A stretch of DNA of 64,000 nt from Lama guanicoe (lineage: Eukaryota): contig MU054187.1 in the NCBI GenBank assembly GCA_013239625.1, forward strand, positions 22,013,280-22,077,279, read 5' to 3'. This document shows, piece by piece, positions 38,213 to 51,822 of this stretch; the stretch's first letter is position 1, and each line of letters opens with the position of its first letter. The notes beneath the pieces were generated by a model. The model had not been told where the DNA came from. It saw only the letters and a program-made list of their open reading frames with translations, and did not search any database. The translations under genes were made by a program, and so were the position numbers.

Positions 38213-38852
38213 AAACCACTGTAACCAGTGGTTTCTCTACTTGGTTAGGAAAGTCCTTGGGCTGAAATTTGATTTTTTTAAGAGGTAAAAGCTCCTATGG
38301 CTTAATCATGACTGTACACCAGATCTGTTTTCTTTTCAGATTCAATGTATGCCTTAGGTCCTTTACACACAGTGGCCAGTTTAATGTTACACTCGACTGT
38401 GTAGGAGGGCAAGACAGAGCTGTGCCGAAGCTGTGTCTCTGAGCTCACAGAACAGCTCTAAGGAACACTTCTTTTGAGAATTAGTGGAACAAAAAATGGA
38501 AAATAGAGCTCTGTCTATCTCAGTGAAAACAGAAAATATGTCGATTTTATCCCACTTTTTACAATGAGGCAAGAAAAGAAATGGTCAATAAACACGGTAT
38601 GAGAAAATAATCACAGAATAATTTTGCTGGTAATGCATATTGCCAAAAACTTTATTGCATTTCCTTCTGATGCCCTTTTACAGAGAATCAAAGACATGGC
38701 AGCTGTTGAAAAAAAGAGAAAGGAAAGGGGAATGTTCGTTGTGTTACGGTGATGTAAGAGTGTCTTAGGAAACCAAGGGAAATGAGGATCTTTGGGTCCG
38801 AGAAGGTAACTCTCCACACTCATTAGTAAGGGTTTCATAATTATGTTCATCT

Positions 38853-39363
38853 TGTGAACAAAAAATATTGCCAGCCATGTCAGTAAACAAAGAATGCTGT
38901 GGCCATCAAGTCATCAGCCACTACTGTCGCCCCTGACAATGAGTGGAGAGAACTCAGGATGGAGACAAGCAGGCAGCCTGACCTCTGCAGCACCCCCAGT
39001 GGTGCCCCCTCCTCCAAGGGAACTCAGGATGTGAAAGGACAGGATACTGGCCCTAGAGAGCTAAGGCGCACATCAAAGGAACGATTTTAATGAACCCAAA
39101 CATTTGCACCTTCCCATACAGAGAAAAATGCTATATTCCTAATCTTGAGATATCTGGTTTTCTTTAATTAACAGTAATCCTTTGATAGTCTGACTACCTG
39201 GTCTTTTTTGCAAAACCTCATATATCCTGGCTTCTAACTTGCCACTTTGGAACAGCCTCTTAGAGTGATCTGAGATGCTTGACCTGGGCTCAAGCCCTGA
39301 GAAAATCCACCGAGTAAAACATAATTCTCAGCTTTTCTGTTGTGCACTTTATTTCAGTAGACA
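38853..39363 (+). mobile_element. ERV1 solo LTR (cetartiodactyl-type)
   Basis: tgtgaac...gtagaca termini; TSD atct/gtct; 3' end ...gagtaaaacataattctcagcttt...ttgtgcac. Confidence 0.82.
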
Positions 39364-39409
39364 GTCTGTTACAAGACTATTTCCAAGATAAGCCTGATAT
39401 TGGAAGAAG

Positions 39410-39590
39410 TAGATTTTTTGAGCGATTACTAAGTGTTATGCCCTCGTCTAAGCACTTTGTATCTTTTATCTTTAATCCTCACAAGCTTATTAGAAGGATG
39501 CCATTTTTAATTACATTTGCAGGTAAGGAATCAGGGTACAGACACAGGAAGTTACAGGGTTAGGTAGTGGTGGAGCCCAGATAGCAGGGT
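39410..39590 (-). mobile_element. MIR
   Basis: ctaagcactttgtatcttttatctttaatcctcacaag...atttgcaggtaaggaa...gtagtggtggagcc. Confidence 0.65.
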
Positions 39591-40674
39591 GGTAAATAAA
39601 AGGCATATTATCAATTTGTTGAACCAGTTGCTCATCAATATGTTGTGAAATATATGCAAGTTGTGAAAAAGTTATCAAGTACACATCAGTATTTTATAAA
39701 AGAGAGGTTCTCTTCTCACATACCATATAAATCTATTCCTGCCTGTTTTGTCATATGTATGCATCAGTGTGTGTATCACATTTCATTATAGAGGATTACA
39801 TGTAAGACTAGAAGCCAGGGCTTTGTACCTCAAATCATTCTAGTATTCAGGGAGGAAATATTCAAGAGAAGTGGCACAGAAATTAACCCTCTAATTTGCC
39901 TGTGTTCATTCTTGAAGGAAATTGAATCATCTTCTAAAATCTGGATGAAGGATAATATGTAAGAGGCAGTAACACGGATTTGGTCATGATAGACAGTGCT
40001 GTTGCAAGTTTAAACAACCAAGTTTTATTCTTAGAAAGCATGACAGTGAGCAACTAGAAATCAGCACAAATAATCTCTGGCTCACCTTACAAAGAGAGAT
40101 AATTAAAGTCATAAACTCTTTAAACAATGGAGTGCTGTTTTCTGTGCCACGATTTACAACACGAGCTGTGTGCTGTGGGTACAGTTGTACCCACATATGT
40201 GTCTTGTTTCCCACCTATATTAACAAATAGCTCCAGATATAGAAATATTTTAAAATCCGTCTACAGCTCAATTCAGATGAACGAATGAAACAAAGTAAAG
40301 CCATGCAATACTTGCATCCCAACGCTTGCTCTATCTCCTCACGAAGGTAGATTGCTCCTCAATCTAAAAAGGATCAGCTACATAATTTGCTTTCACCTCT
40401 GGAATGAAAAGCAGACAGAACATACTGTCACAATCCCACAGTCAGTCCGTACAGTGTTTCTTCAGTTTCCTCTTGTGCTCCTTTGCTAAGCAACACCTGT
40501 CTAATTGAGCTCTTCTCAGTCAATGCATTAACTTCAGGTAGAAGTTTGAGGAATTTAACAGCCCCTCACTGTACAGCTCACTCACCTACCAGTGATGTAC
40601 ACACGTACATGGGCTCCTTGTCCTTCAAGAGCGTGTGGTTTCCATAGCATCCTCGTGAGAATCATATAGTTTGG

Positions 40675-40980
40675 AATACCTGGTTCCCGATGGTGAGCCC
40701 TGTGACCACCTTTGTAACCTTGGGCAAGCCAGTTACGTTGAGTCTTAATTTTCTCATATTTAAAATTGAAAAACCAGTAACTATGGTAATCTTAGATGAT
40801 TTTAACCGATATGTTCCAAGCATTTAACATGTGTCAGACACTGTTCTAATCACTTTACATACATTAGCTCACTTAATCCTCACCATAGCCCTAGGAAGTA
40901 CATATTATTATTATTATTTTTTACCCACTTTAGAAAAAGAAATGGAGGTGCAAAGAAGCTAATATACTCAGGGTTATACA
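40675..40980. mobile_element. MIR fragments in both orientations
   Basis: Plus strand: gtaaccttgggcaagc...ttttctcatatttaaaat. Minus strand: tgtgtcagacactgttctaa...ctcacttaatcctcac. Confidence 0.65.
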
Positions 40981-40994
40981 GGATAACTATCTCA

Positions 40995-41165
40995 TCTTTA
41001 TTTCAAATGTTGATATTTTCTTCACCACGGATTTTTTATGTTACTTCTGATTTCTTAAAACATTGCATTAAGATATTATTTACCTTGATAATTGAATTTC
41101 TGGTATCCTCTTAAAGTTTGTTCTTGAAGAGAGTGACTTTTTGCTCACCCTAAACCCTGGCCTTG
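40995..41165 (+). mobile_element. MER96B-like hAT fragment
   Basis: ttgatattttcttcaccacggattttttatg...attgcattaagatattatttaccttgat...ctcaccctaaaccctggcct. Confidence 0.7.
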
Positions 41166-42411
41166 AATTGTTCATCTCCAAGGGTCTCTGTGAGCCTTAG
41201 GTGATGCGTGTAAAACACTGGTGTTGCCAGGAGCTCGTTAGGTGGTAGCTGTCATTATCATTATTCTTTCATGTAAATGAGGAAAAAGAAGATCTAAGTA
41301 ACTTATAAATAATCATATAATGGCACACAATGAAGAAGAATTTACAGGTCTTACCTCTCTCTTCACATAACGGTATATAACTTTAAAAGTCTTTTATTGC
41401 TACAGTTACCAAAATTTGTATAATGCTTTCTCCTTTTCCAAAACACTTTCGTATACAATATATGAGATATGTAATATATAAGTAAATATATAATATATGC
41501 ATATATATGATATATAATGGTTTGTTTTTTACAAGAAGAAAATTAGGTAGATAAGGAAGATATTTTTATCTTCATTTGAATGTAGGAGAAAACCAAAATG
41601 CGGTGGGTCTACGTGGTTTGCTCAAAGGACTCAGCTAATAAATTATGAAAAGCTTTATCCTGTCTTTTGCACATTTAAGGGCAATTCTTAGTAACTGCTG
41701 GAGCCAGACACTTTCCTGCCTCAAAATCTACGTAATGGTAGTTTAGCACATGATTTCTGCCTACTCCACCTTCTGTTCTTCTGCAGACAAAGTGATGAAG
41801 GGGATAGGATGCATGGGGGAGTGTGACTGATTGCTGAATCCCACAACTCCTTACTGCTCTCCCTCAAGGAGCCAGAAAGGCTGCTGCCCCTGTGGGAGCC
41901 GGGCTAGGACCAGCACCAGGGGACGTGATGGTTGCAGTCAGTAACGAAATAAAGAACGAAACACTTTTTTTCTTCTTTGCTGCCTTTACAATTTCAAAGT
42001 TGTCTGTCAGAAACTGCATTTGTTTTGTAAGTTGATTTGGGAAATGGTAAAAAAACAAAAACCAAACATTTGAGTCTTTAGTTTGAGGATCTTTAAACCC
42101 CATTATCCTTTATTGATATGCCTCAAAAACCTAGGAAAATGATTGTTGTTTTCTCAAATCATTTAATTTTAAGGAGTTTTATTTTCAACCTGTACTTTAC
42201 AATTAATCTGATCTTGTCTGTTTTTATTTCAGATTTTGATTATAGGTCCCTAGATATAGAATGCAATTAATCACAGTGCAAAAGGTAATGTCCTTAATTT
42301 TCCAGAAATAACACCTAGCCTTATGACTTCTGAAATCAGCTGTTCATACCTGTACTTTTACAGTGAAAAGGCAGTTTTTGGTACAAATGTGTTTTGCAAG
42401 AAAAATGGAAA

Positions 42412-42968
42412 TGCTACCCCAAAAGGGGAAGGGAAAAGACCCCAGTTCTTGTCTTACCAGAAAGGGAAGACTTCAGACGGGAGATGGAAGTGTTGGTAGA
42501 GAAAGGTTTTAAAGGTTTTATTTAGCCAAGAAAGTGCACATCCAAGAATGGGAGGTGGGCTGCTCTCAGGATGGATAGCAATGTTCTTTGTTTGCCCCAT
42601 TCTCTTACACCCTCACTTAGAGGTGGACTCCTGATTGATGGACGGCTCTTGCCCCTGGAGGGCTAGTCATGCTCGTCCACTTTTGCACATGTCCTTACCC
42701 ATGATGCACACAGGAAAACCCATTGGTCGGGGGGCAGGGGGAGGGGCTAAACCACGATGCTAATTATATTACAATGAACATTGGGTCATGTCCAGTTAAG
42801 TCCTTGCTGCTACTGCTCAGTCTCAGCCATGCATTTTCTAACTGGTTTCTTGCTGGCACTGATTTAGAGAAATAAAAGCCCCTTTATGCTGATGGCACCA
42901 TCTTCCAGACCATCCTCCTTCTCCTCCACCTATCTGCCCGGTGCCCCCACTTATCTAACTACCTAACA
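42412..42968 (-). mobile_element. ERV1 solo LTR, local family A copy 2
   Basis: tgcta...taaca termini; TSD gaaa/gaag; colinear with 5816-6359. Confidence 0.88.
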
Positions 42969-43339
42969 GAAGCAGTAAAGATACAATGTACAGCATCAAT
43001 AGAATAGTCATGGTACAGTATTGTTTTTTTAGTCATTCATCTAAAAAATAGTTTTAATTCTACTGAAACTCCCTTTTTTTAAATTATTCTAATACTATAA
43101 GATAAACCCTACAGCTCAAGTATTTTAAATTCTAATTTTGTTTTCTCAGTATTTTTTATTGGTGTTTCTCATTTTGAAGTCAAAACATCAAGCTCATAAA
43201 ATATGATGGAATCATAATTAACCACCGTGGAAAAGTCTGTGAATACATGGTATAGGATAAATACATTAAATAGGCTAGTTTTTGTAAATTAATACAAATT
43301 ATTCAGCATTTCTTTGATCAGACATCACACCCAGATGCT

Positions 43340-43570
43340 ACCAGAGTGAACACTGGAGCCAGATTGCTTGGCTTTGCTTCTGGCAAGTTTTGTGACAGCA
43401 GACAAGTTATTTAATCTCTCTAAGCTTTAATTTTGTCCTTCATAAAATGGGATAAATATTAACATATATCTCATAGGGTCACTTTGAGGATTAAGTTTGT
43501 TAATTTATTAAAGCACATAGAACAATGTTTGGCACACAGTAAGTACTCTGTAAATGTTAGCTATTATTAT
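43340..43570 (+). mobile_element. MIR (near full length)
   Basis: ctggagccagattgcttgg...acaagttatttaatctctct...taaaatggg...tgaggattaa...tggcacacagtaagtactc...aaatgttagctattatt. Confidence 0.85.
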
Positions 43571-43592
43571 GACAGAATAAAATGCTTTGTGG

Positions 43593-43720
43593 TGCCGGGG
43601 TTCAGGATGCTCCCCCTCCTCAAATTTCTCACTTTTACATGAGGATTATTTCAAGCTAAAGACAATTGAGATTCTGTAGTTTTAAAAGAATCTGCTGCCC
43701 CTCCCTTACCTATCTAGAAT
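43593..43720 (+). mobile_element. MER34-group LTR 5' fragment
   Basis: ggggttcaggatgctcccc...ggattatttcaagctaaagacaattgaga. Confidence 0.55.
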
Positions 43721-43789
43721 AGTCTTCAAAGTTGTGTAAATATTGGGTCTTGCAAAACCTAGTCCTTCTGATTTATCTGACTTGTCTCA

Positions 43790-44160
43790 AGTGACACACT
43801 TGTGTATGTAAAAAACCCAAATGACTCTACCAATAGATCGTTAGAAGTAGTAAGGGAATATAGCAACATTGTTTGATATAACGTCTCTGTATAAAAGCAA
43901 TTGTATTTTTACATAACAACAATTAGACATTAAAATGTTTTAAATCACAAAATGAAAAATACTAATCCCATCAAATATATATGTATGAATTAAAGATGTG
44001 TAAAATCTCTATAAAGAAAACTATAAAACATGATTGAGAAATTAAAGAAGGTAGAATAAATGGAGGCATATACCATGTTTATGGATTAGAAGTTTCAATA
44101 TTATGAAGGTTTGATTCCTCCCAAATTAATCTATGAACTCAATACAATCCTGCTAAAAAC
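43790..44160 (+). mobile_element. Old L1 ORF2 fragment (end of RT domain)
   Basis: Decayed reading VYVKNPNDSTNRSLEVVREYS, like L1 'VYxENPKxSTxKLLELI'; also taccatgtttatggattagaag. Confidence 0.8.
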
Positions 44161-45169
44161 AACAACAACAACAACCCCCCCCCCCAAAAAAAGCTCTTCC
44201 AGCTCTTGCACTGTGGACTGGCTAGCTAGGTAAACATGGTCAAGTTAATGTCTGTGTCAGTTTCCTCATCAGTGAAATGGGCCAGTAATAGAAACTACTT
44301 CCAGCTGAAGCAAAGTTATCATGGAGCTGATACAACGGCCTTACGGTTTTGTAAATCTGTAAAAGTAAGGTATTTAAAGCACCATTGACAACCAAAGTCA
44401 CAATTAGACATAAAACCTGCAATGGTCCAACCATCCACAGTGACTCCTTCTTCATAAAATGACACCTGTAAATCTAAATTTTTAAAATGAGAACGTCATT
44501 TGCTGAGTATAAAACCAAGAAGAGGATTTCAACTGGGAAAATAACTCTTCCCAAGTCTAGGGAAGTTAGATGAAATAGCTCTGCCGTCCACGAAGTTCCA
44601 TCTTTGTAGTGAGAAGAATGTTTGCCCCTCCCAGATGCATTCTGTCTCACTCAGCTAGTGATGTGTGAGCTTTGTGGCCCTTGTCTATCAACACACTGTC
44701 TTTCCTGCTGACCACTTCTTCTGTCTTCAGATGTAGTCACCTTTAGGTGCAGTCAAAGTCTGCACTGGTCAAAGGCACATTGTGTCTTTAGGCCTGGAGG
44801 CATTTTGTCTGCTCTCTTTATGTGTTGATTGAATTAGACCATTTCTCAGAATCCCCTGAGATTCTAGGCTGAGCCCACAAAGGACTATGGAGTTCTCTAC
44901 CTCCATAAATCCACAAGCATTCAGCCAGCACCTGTGTGGGCAAACTTTTACAAAATACAGCTTTTCTCAACTTAATCCCCATTTTCATAAAGAGGATATA
45001 TATGCTTGAAGCCCTGAAAAATATTTTAATTGCAGTTAGAAAGTTTGTTCTCAAGTATTATTTACAACTTTCTTTGAAGGATGGAATCATGCTGATCGTA
45101 ACAGTGGGGCAGAAGTACAAAAAGCGTACAGGTGGTAGGAAAAAGGTGCAGATTCAAAGAAGACAGGAA

Positions 45170-45641
45170 TGTGGGAGCAATTGGTGCCCTTTAAAGTCCA
45201 ATGACCCCCTTTCCTGGGCTCCGGATGCCCACCTGCAATCCCCCAAAAGATAAAGTATATTCTTTTCTGAAGTGTGTTTGCCCTCGCAGAATTAATAGCC
45301 CTAGGTAATGCCTAATCACACAGTGGCTAAAACCCAGACCAGCTGACTTGTCTCAGCCCAGGATTCCTCCTTCCTGGAGTCATAAGTCCCCCTGCACTTT
45401 CACGGACTCTAACTTTCTTACTTCACCTACAACCAATCAGAAACTTGTGCCCAAGCTGATCATACAGCCCCCTATGTTCACCAACCCCTTCCCATAAAAG
45501 ACCCTAAACTTTCACCATCAGTACCCACACAGACCTCTCATCTGTGTGACCCACTATTGTCTGTGACAGTGTACCCAATAAACTCCTTTTGTCTTTGGTA
45601 AATTCTTTTACTGCCCATGCATTGGCCTGCCAGATCCCACA
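45170..45641 (+). mobile_element. Solo LTR with 5-bp TSD (ERVL class likely, MER73/74-like)
   Basis: Perfect TIR tgtggga/tcccaca; perfect TSD AGGAA at 45165-45169 and 45642-45646; ccaatcag, cataaaag and aataaa motifs in order. Confidence 0.88.
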
Positions 45642-46316
45642 AGGAAGCATTAAGTGTACAAGTTACACAATCAGCATGGCAGATAAAGGACTTGCCATAG
45701 GATCCCACCCACACTGCATCTAAGACAATGTTTTGGTGCCAAAAGAAATCCCTACAGTGAGCTGAGGGAGGATGTGATGATTCCCCCTGGTGTCATTCCC
45801 AGAGACCGAGTGGATTCCACCTTCTCTCCTTTGCCATTTATTGCCTCTGTCACACATAAATTAGTTCAAAGCATTAAAAAATCTAAATTATCTCCATTCC
45901 TCAATTGGAGCAAGTTCTATGATTAGTTCCTTAAGTGAAACAGATTTTATGTGACACCGTACTTACAATTTACTCACTTACTTATTCTGTTTGCCTCACT
46001 CATCTCTCAAAGATTACTCATTCATGTCAATGTTTCAGGAGCTGGTCAACAAATTTGTGCTGACTTTATTTCATACTAGTTTTTGTTGTCTAGATTTCAA
46101 CTTTGACCTGTCTTAATTTTTGAGGTTACAGGCTGAGTTCTAAACTTGAGTAAGGGTGAAGTAATATGGGCATCACTGATCAACTGTGAAGAGGAATCAT
46201 GGCAACTCTTATGTTAGAGAATTTTAGAAAGTTTAGAAAGGGCACTGTAAATAGTTATTAGTAATTTTTATATAACATAGAAAGTGAGATGGTGACCAAT
46301 AGTATTGGGAGATGGT

Positions 46317-46951
46317 TGTATTTGTTTAAAACAAATCAAACAAATCATCACAAACTTAGTGACTTAAAACAACACAGATTTCTTATCTAACTGTTTCTGT
46401 AGGTAGATGTCCAGGCGTGGCATGGCCAGACTAATGCTCAGGACTTTCAGGCTGAAATCAAGGTGTCAGCCAGAATTATGGTTTTCATGTGGGGCTTGAG
46501 GTCCTCTGGCAAGCTCACTGGTTCTTGGAAAACTTCAGTTCCTTGTGGCTGTAGGACTGAGGCCCTGATTTTCCTGCTAGCGGTCACCTGGGGACCATTC
46601 TCAGTTTCTAGAAGCCGCCAGCAGTTCTTGGCCGCCTGGCCCCCATGGGCAGTTTACACACAGAGGTTTGCTCTGCTTTCTTCCAGGTCAGCAGGAACAC
46701 ATCTCTCTGATTTTTTCTTCTGTGACCAGCCAGATAAGCTCTGCTTTTAAAGGGTTCAACTCATTAGGTCAGGGTCACCCAGGACAATCTCCCAATATTA
46801 CAATTAAATGGTCTGGGAACTTAAATTGCATCTGAAAAATCTCTTCATTTCAGTATGTAAATTGGTGTTTCACTGAGTAACTAGAAGAAATGCTGGTGAG
46901 GATTCCAGGGGCCTGGAGTCGTGGGGACACCTTAGAATTCTGCTTATCAGA
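46317..46951 (-). mobile_element. MaLR LTR (MLT1E-like)
   Basis: cacaaacttagtgacttaaaacaacac...ggctgaaatcaaggtgtcagcc...ccttagaattctgcttatca. Confidence 0.85.
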
Positions 46952-47259
46952 GTCACCCAGAAGAGAGAGAGTTTTTTTTTTTTTTTAATTCTAGACATCG
47001 AATGTATACAGAGCACGAGCTTATTTGTTCTGAGCAGCAGATGTAAGTGACGAAGTCAGTCTAGTCCAGGTGCAAGTTGTTTTTCAGTGGAGGTTTCTGA
47101 GCCAAGGGAATCTCCTCTCCAACAGTCTCACCCATTTCCCTTCCATTGACGGCAAATTTACAAAGAAACCTCTACTTATAATGAAAATAGGGGTCTTCAA
47201 GCTTCTGAAATTGACATGCAATTATAGATCTGGTAGTGGGCCCAGTTCTAAAAAGTAAG

Positions 47260-47750
47260 GTTTATTATTGAAGTATTACAGTCATATAAAAAAGCAACAG
47301 GATCATTAGTATACAGCTCAACAATTAATCACAAAATGCGCATACCCATATAAACACACTCAGCTGGAGAAATAGAAAATACAGGGGATCTCCAATGTCC
47401 TCTACCAGGCTCTGTGGCCTCCTCCCTCCCCTAGATGAACCCTGATTTCTAAGATCATAGATTAGGTTTGCCTGTTTTTTTGGAATATTTTCATACTTAG
47501 AAACTCAGGATAGGTACCATTTTGTGTCTGACTTCTTTCATTGAACATTATTTTTGTGAGTTTCTACTGGAAGAATATGCCACAATTAAGTTATCCATCC
47601 TGTTGTTGAGGTACCTCTGGGTTGATTCTGATTTTCTACTACAAATAACGGCTTCCGTGTGCTCTGTGCACCTGTCTCTTGCGTGCATTCCTAGAGGTGG
47701 AACTGGTTATGAATATGCATGAGTTCCACATTAATAGCTATTGTCCAACA
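47260..47750 (-). mobile_element. Old L1M 3' region
   Basis: tttattattgaagta...gtatacagctcaac...agattaggtttgcctgtt...tttgtgtctgacttctttca. Confidence 0.7.
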
Positions 47751-50203
47751 GAATTTCTGCCCTTAACTGTGTTTAAATGTCTCCCAGTTTGGAGACTTTA
47801 CCTTCTACAGGGAATAAACTTCCAATTTTCCACCAGAGTGGGGAGGCTGGGTCACACAGATTGTGGAAGGAAAGAATCTAATGATCTAGCTGCTTCTTTG
47901 TTACAGTTTTCAATTCATTCTCCCTATTTTAACCAGTGCACCCCTCTTTACCCCCATCCAGGGGATCCTGGCACTGTCAACTCCAGAAATTTTGGGGCGT
48001 CACCATATAAATCAGATCAGTTTTCAGCTTTTCCCACTTCAGTTATAGAGTCACCTTCCTAGGGTCTGCTGCCTTTTCCATCTTGCCAGTTTTCAAAATT
48101 CTGATGCTGTCAAACCCTTTCACATTTCTTCATCACTATGGGGTTTATACAGAATCCAAAACAGAATCCATTGTCTTTTGTTTGAGTGGGAAGTTGGGAG
48201 AGCACAAAAGAAAATAGCTTGTATTTTCAATCCAGTCTGGTAAGGTAACTTGTTTTTTATGTCTTCGATGTTCCTCCTAGAGTAGCAGAAGTTACTTTGT
48301 ATCATGTGAAATGGCTCACAGCTTCCCAAAACAAGATTACCACCTGCTTTCTGTGGTTTGGAATTTGTTTCCCTTTTTCTGTCATTGTTTTGGAGGTATT
48401 TGTGCATTTTTAGCTTGCTCATAAAGTGTCACCAGGATACATACCATCTGTAGCACCATCTAATATCACATACCATATTTTGATAGAACCAAGCTGTTTA
48501 TGAGCTGTGACTTCTGCAGTGATGGGTTAGTTATTAAGATGTTCTGGAATTACTTAGATGTTTTGTTTCTATTTTATGCCAGTCATCTGAAAAATGATGT
48601 AACTGAGACAGAAAAATAAACTGTTTTGCTGAGTAGATTTTGGGGGGAACAGATAACACTGGTGTGATTAACAGTATCACCCAACTGATGGATCCACACA
48701 GGAAGTAAAGGGGTAGTTGGTGAGATGGAACTCTGAAAATTGTGCCAGTTTCTTCTATGCCTAGAGGCAGAGTCACCTTGAAGCAAAAACATTTTTTAAG
48801 TATTATTTTGGGAGAAATTACCTGGGGGGGCAGTGGCTACATTAATTATGCCAACATAAAGCCAATATGTATCTTTACACTGGAGGGAAAAACTATAGAA
48901 CCATGGATGGTCCCCTGAAAGTGGCCCTCTAAATATCACCTGAATGGGAACTGGTCTTGAAGAGAGGGTAGGAAAATTTACCCACGCACCAAGGGACTGC
49001 TTGGAAGTAAAGAGATCAAGATTCCTTTCCTCTCTGAATTTCAGCATTAGAAAAGCCTCCCCCTTATTATACTGGAATGTCAGTGACAGGCATCCTCTGC
49101 TAGGAAAGGACAGCACAGGCTTCGAGGGAAAGCTGACATGAGGCTGGGTGGAATATTGTAATTTGGGTCTAAGAGACTCACAACCAAGAGCTGATTCAGG
49201 TGCAGAGGATGGATGAGGCTGGTATCTGTAGACCCAGTTTCCTCAGGCACGTTGGTCCTGCTTTGGGATCAGTGGTTGAGGATGTGACAGTAGATGAAAC
49301 AGCCCAACTGGATGGGTTTTCCAGCAGTCTCTGCAAAAATCAGGACCAGCACAGGCCTCACTGACAGAGAGAACACTTGTCCTTTGGACCTTAGGGCCTT
49401 GGACAATGGGACACTGTGGGACAGTAACAAACATGGTGGGAGAGGAACAGAATCAACGACACGAGTGGACCAGCCAGACGCTGCAGCTTTCTCTCTGCCT
49501 GGCATTCCGGGGGAGGATTAATTCTTTTGAATTGAATAGGTTTGTGCGGTTCTTGCAGTTTTGGTGAGACTCGTCCCTACGAGTGCATTCCTAGACTTTT
49601 TATTAACGAGTGCATGTGAATTCCTAAGCAGCTAATAGAAAAAATAAGTATGATTACATTTCAGCTAGCAAAGCAGGTTGTACCGATTTTCATGAATGAG
49701 CTCCCACCTTCCTGCCGTATATACATTTTCTTATTAGTCAATGTCAAAATGACGGTACCCACAGTACAGAACTGTTATTTGCATTAAAGAGAGTAGAGAG
49801 CACAAATGTTTAACACAGTGCTAACACAGGGCGGATGCTAAATAAATCTTTCTGCTGCTGCTCCCCCAGTTTCCTTCTGGTAGTTCCAAAGTTCCTGTAG
49901 CAACGGGGCATGGAAAAACCATCTATGTTATTGGTTCTATTATCTTAAGCAACTTGCAGTCATCCCTCTAGACCTTAACTTCTTGCTCTTTAAAATGAGG
50001 ATACGGTAGCAATCTCACAGGGAGCCACAAGGGTAACCAAGCAGGGCACTGTTGTCATCATTGGTGACCATCTGATATCCATACTGGTGTTTGTAACGGT
50101 TTAACTGTATAGCAGTTTAATCGATTTTCCTCCTACTCTTGCTGACCAGGTTTGGGCTGGAGAAGAGGGAGGCTTGGGTGGTCCACTCCAACACCCTTCA
50201 TGG

Positions 50204-50725
50204 TGCTGTGTGCAGGGATCATGCTCAGTGCCCTCCTCTTGACCCCTTGTGGTTTCCTTGTATCCTGTTGTTTGAGCTGCAGGCTTTGCCTGCAGGAGAC
50301 ACCAGGCCTCAGCCTGCTTAAAAGCCTAAAAGCACTTATCAACCTGGCTTTAAACTGCACATGTTTTTCTCTAGAATTCTTTTCCATGGTGCCCTCTCCT
50401 ATGCATCTTTTGTTCTAGATACAAGAATGTGGAGAGTCCCAAAGCCAGAAGTAGACTTCAAACCCAGCAGAAGGAAGGGGACCACTGCATCTGAATAAAT
50501 AAGAACAACTTTGCAACAATTTGTTACCCTCTATGCGATGTCTATGGAAACTAGCTCCAGCCCTTGAACTCTTGAGCTTTTACTATAAAACCCCCTGCCT
50601 TCTGTCCCCAGCAGGCTCACAGTCTTAGAGGCAAAGAAATAAAGCTGCCTTTTCTGCTTCACCTAAAACTCCGTCCTTGAGTCCCAATTCAGTAAATGGG
50701 GTACAGAGGCCAAGTTTTGGCAACA
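50204..50725 (+). mobile_element. ERV1 solo LTR
   Basis: TATA-like ctataaaa at about 50583, aataaagc at about 50638, U5 end ...gaggccaagttttggcaaca. The 5' boundary is approximate. Confidence 0.75.
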
Positions 50726-51738
50726 CAAGTATTCTACAGGGTAAGGTACGCAGCAACAGAGTAACACACTAAGAGTGATGCAAATGGAAGCTCTTCTGAT
50801 TTTTAGAATTATTCCAAGGAAATAGAAACCTGGTTTATTAACTAGAAATTTATAGTAATGAATCTGGAATCTTGATCTCTTCATGGAAGTTCTTCCCAGT
50901 GAGACTTCAAAGGAGAGAAAGATGAGAGGTGTATCCCGGGGGTCTTCATTTCTTGAGGAGCAGGTTATGTTTTGTGATTCTTCAAGGATTTTTGTTGCTG
51001 GTGTTTCCCCATCAGGACATAAGATAGTGGCCAAGAATAACTGATACACGTTGTTTGAGTGGCTTTGACCCGTGCGTCTGACTGACTCTCCTGTCCCCCA
51101 CACAGAATACTCCTACTGTGGGTGCAGGAATTGTACCTCCTTCCTCAGCACCAGGAAGTTTCACAGTCGGGTGGGGAGGGGATCATTGAAACCAGCAGAA
51201 GAAAGAACAGTTAAAAAGAGACTCTGACTTGATGACTCAGTGACAACCCATTGAAGGAGAGCCGCAGAGTGGGAAGTGACATGAAGGCTGCTATTTAATT
51301 CTTTGAGAGTGCGGACCAGCTCTGCAAGGAAACCAGGAAAGCTCCCACGAAGTCAAATCTCCAGGCAGGCAGAGTTCCACAGGGCAGAGCACCAGGCTAG
51401 GTCCTTTTCTTTTTTTTTTTTTTTTTTTAACTCTTGGAAAAGTTGGGGGACAAGCCTGTTTCCCGTAGGCACCAGATAAATACCACACACCGTAGGGAAG
51501 CTGCGTGCCCCCTTCCAGCACGCCCCAGGCCAGCTGGATGCTGGTCTGGTCCTCACCACAGAGCTCCCTTCGGAGCCTCAGCACCAGCACTGGGAAGCCA
51601 GGTAGGGCCCTGGGTGCACTGGTGCTCAGATGAGGAGGATCCAGCTCGGGGCCCTGACTTTCTCTCTTCTGTGCTGCTTATCTAATTCTTTCTTACTTGC
51701 TCTCGTTCTTCCTGATTGTTTCCCTGCCAACAGAATGC

Positions 51739-51771
51739 TTTTTTCTTTTCTTTCTTTCTTCTTCTTCTTCT

Positions 51772-51817
<46 letters not shown>
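51739..51817. repeat. (TTTC)/(TTC)n plus T41 homopolymer
   Basis: T run at 51777-51817, directly visible. Confidence 0.95.

Positions 51818-51822
<5 letters not shown>

Noticed and set aside
5816..42968. Giant provirus bounded by two same-orientation LTRs
   Set aside because: Each LTR has its own TSD, there is no gag/pol/env between them, and the interval holds much older repeats.
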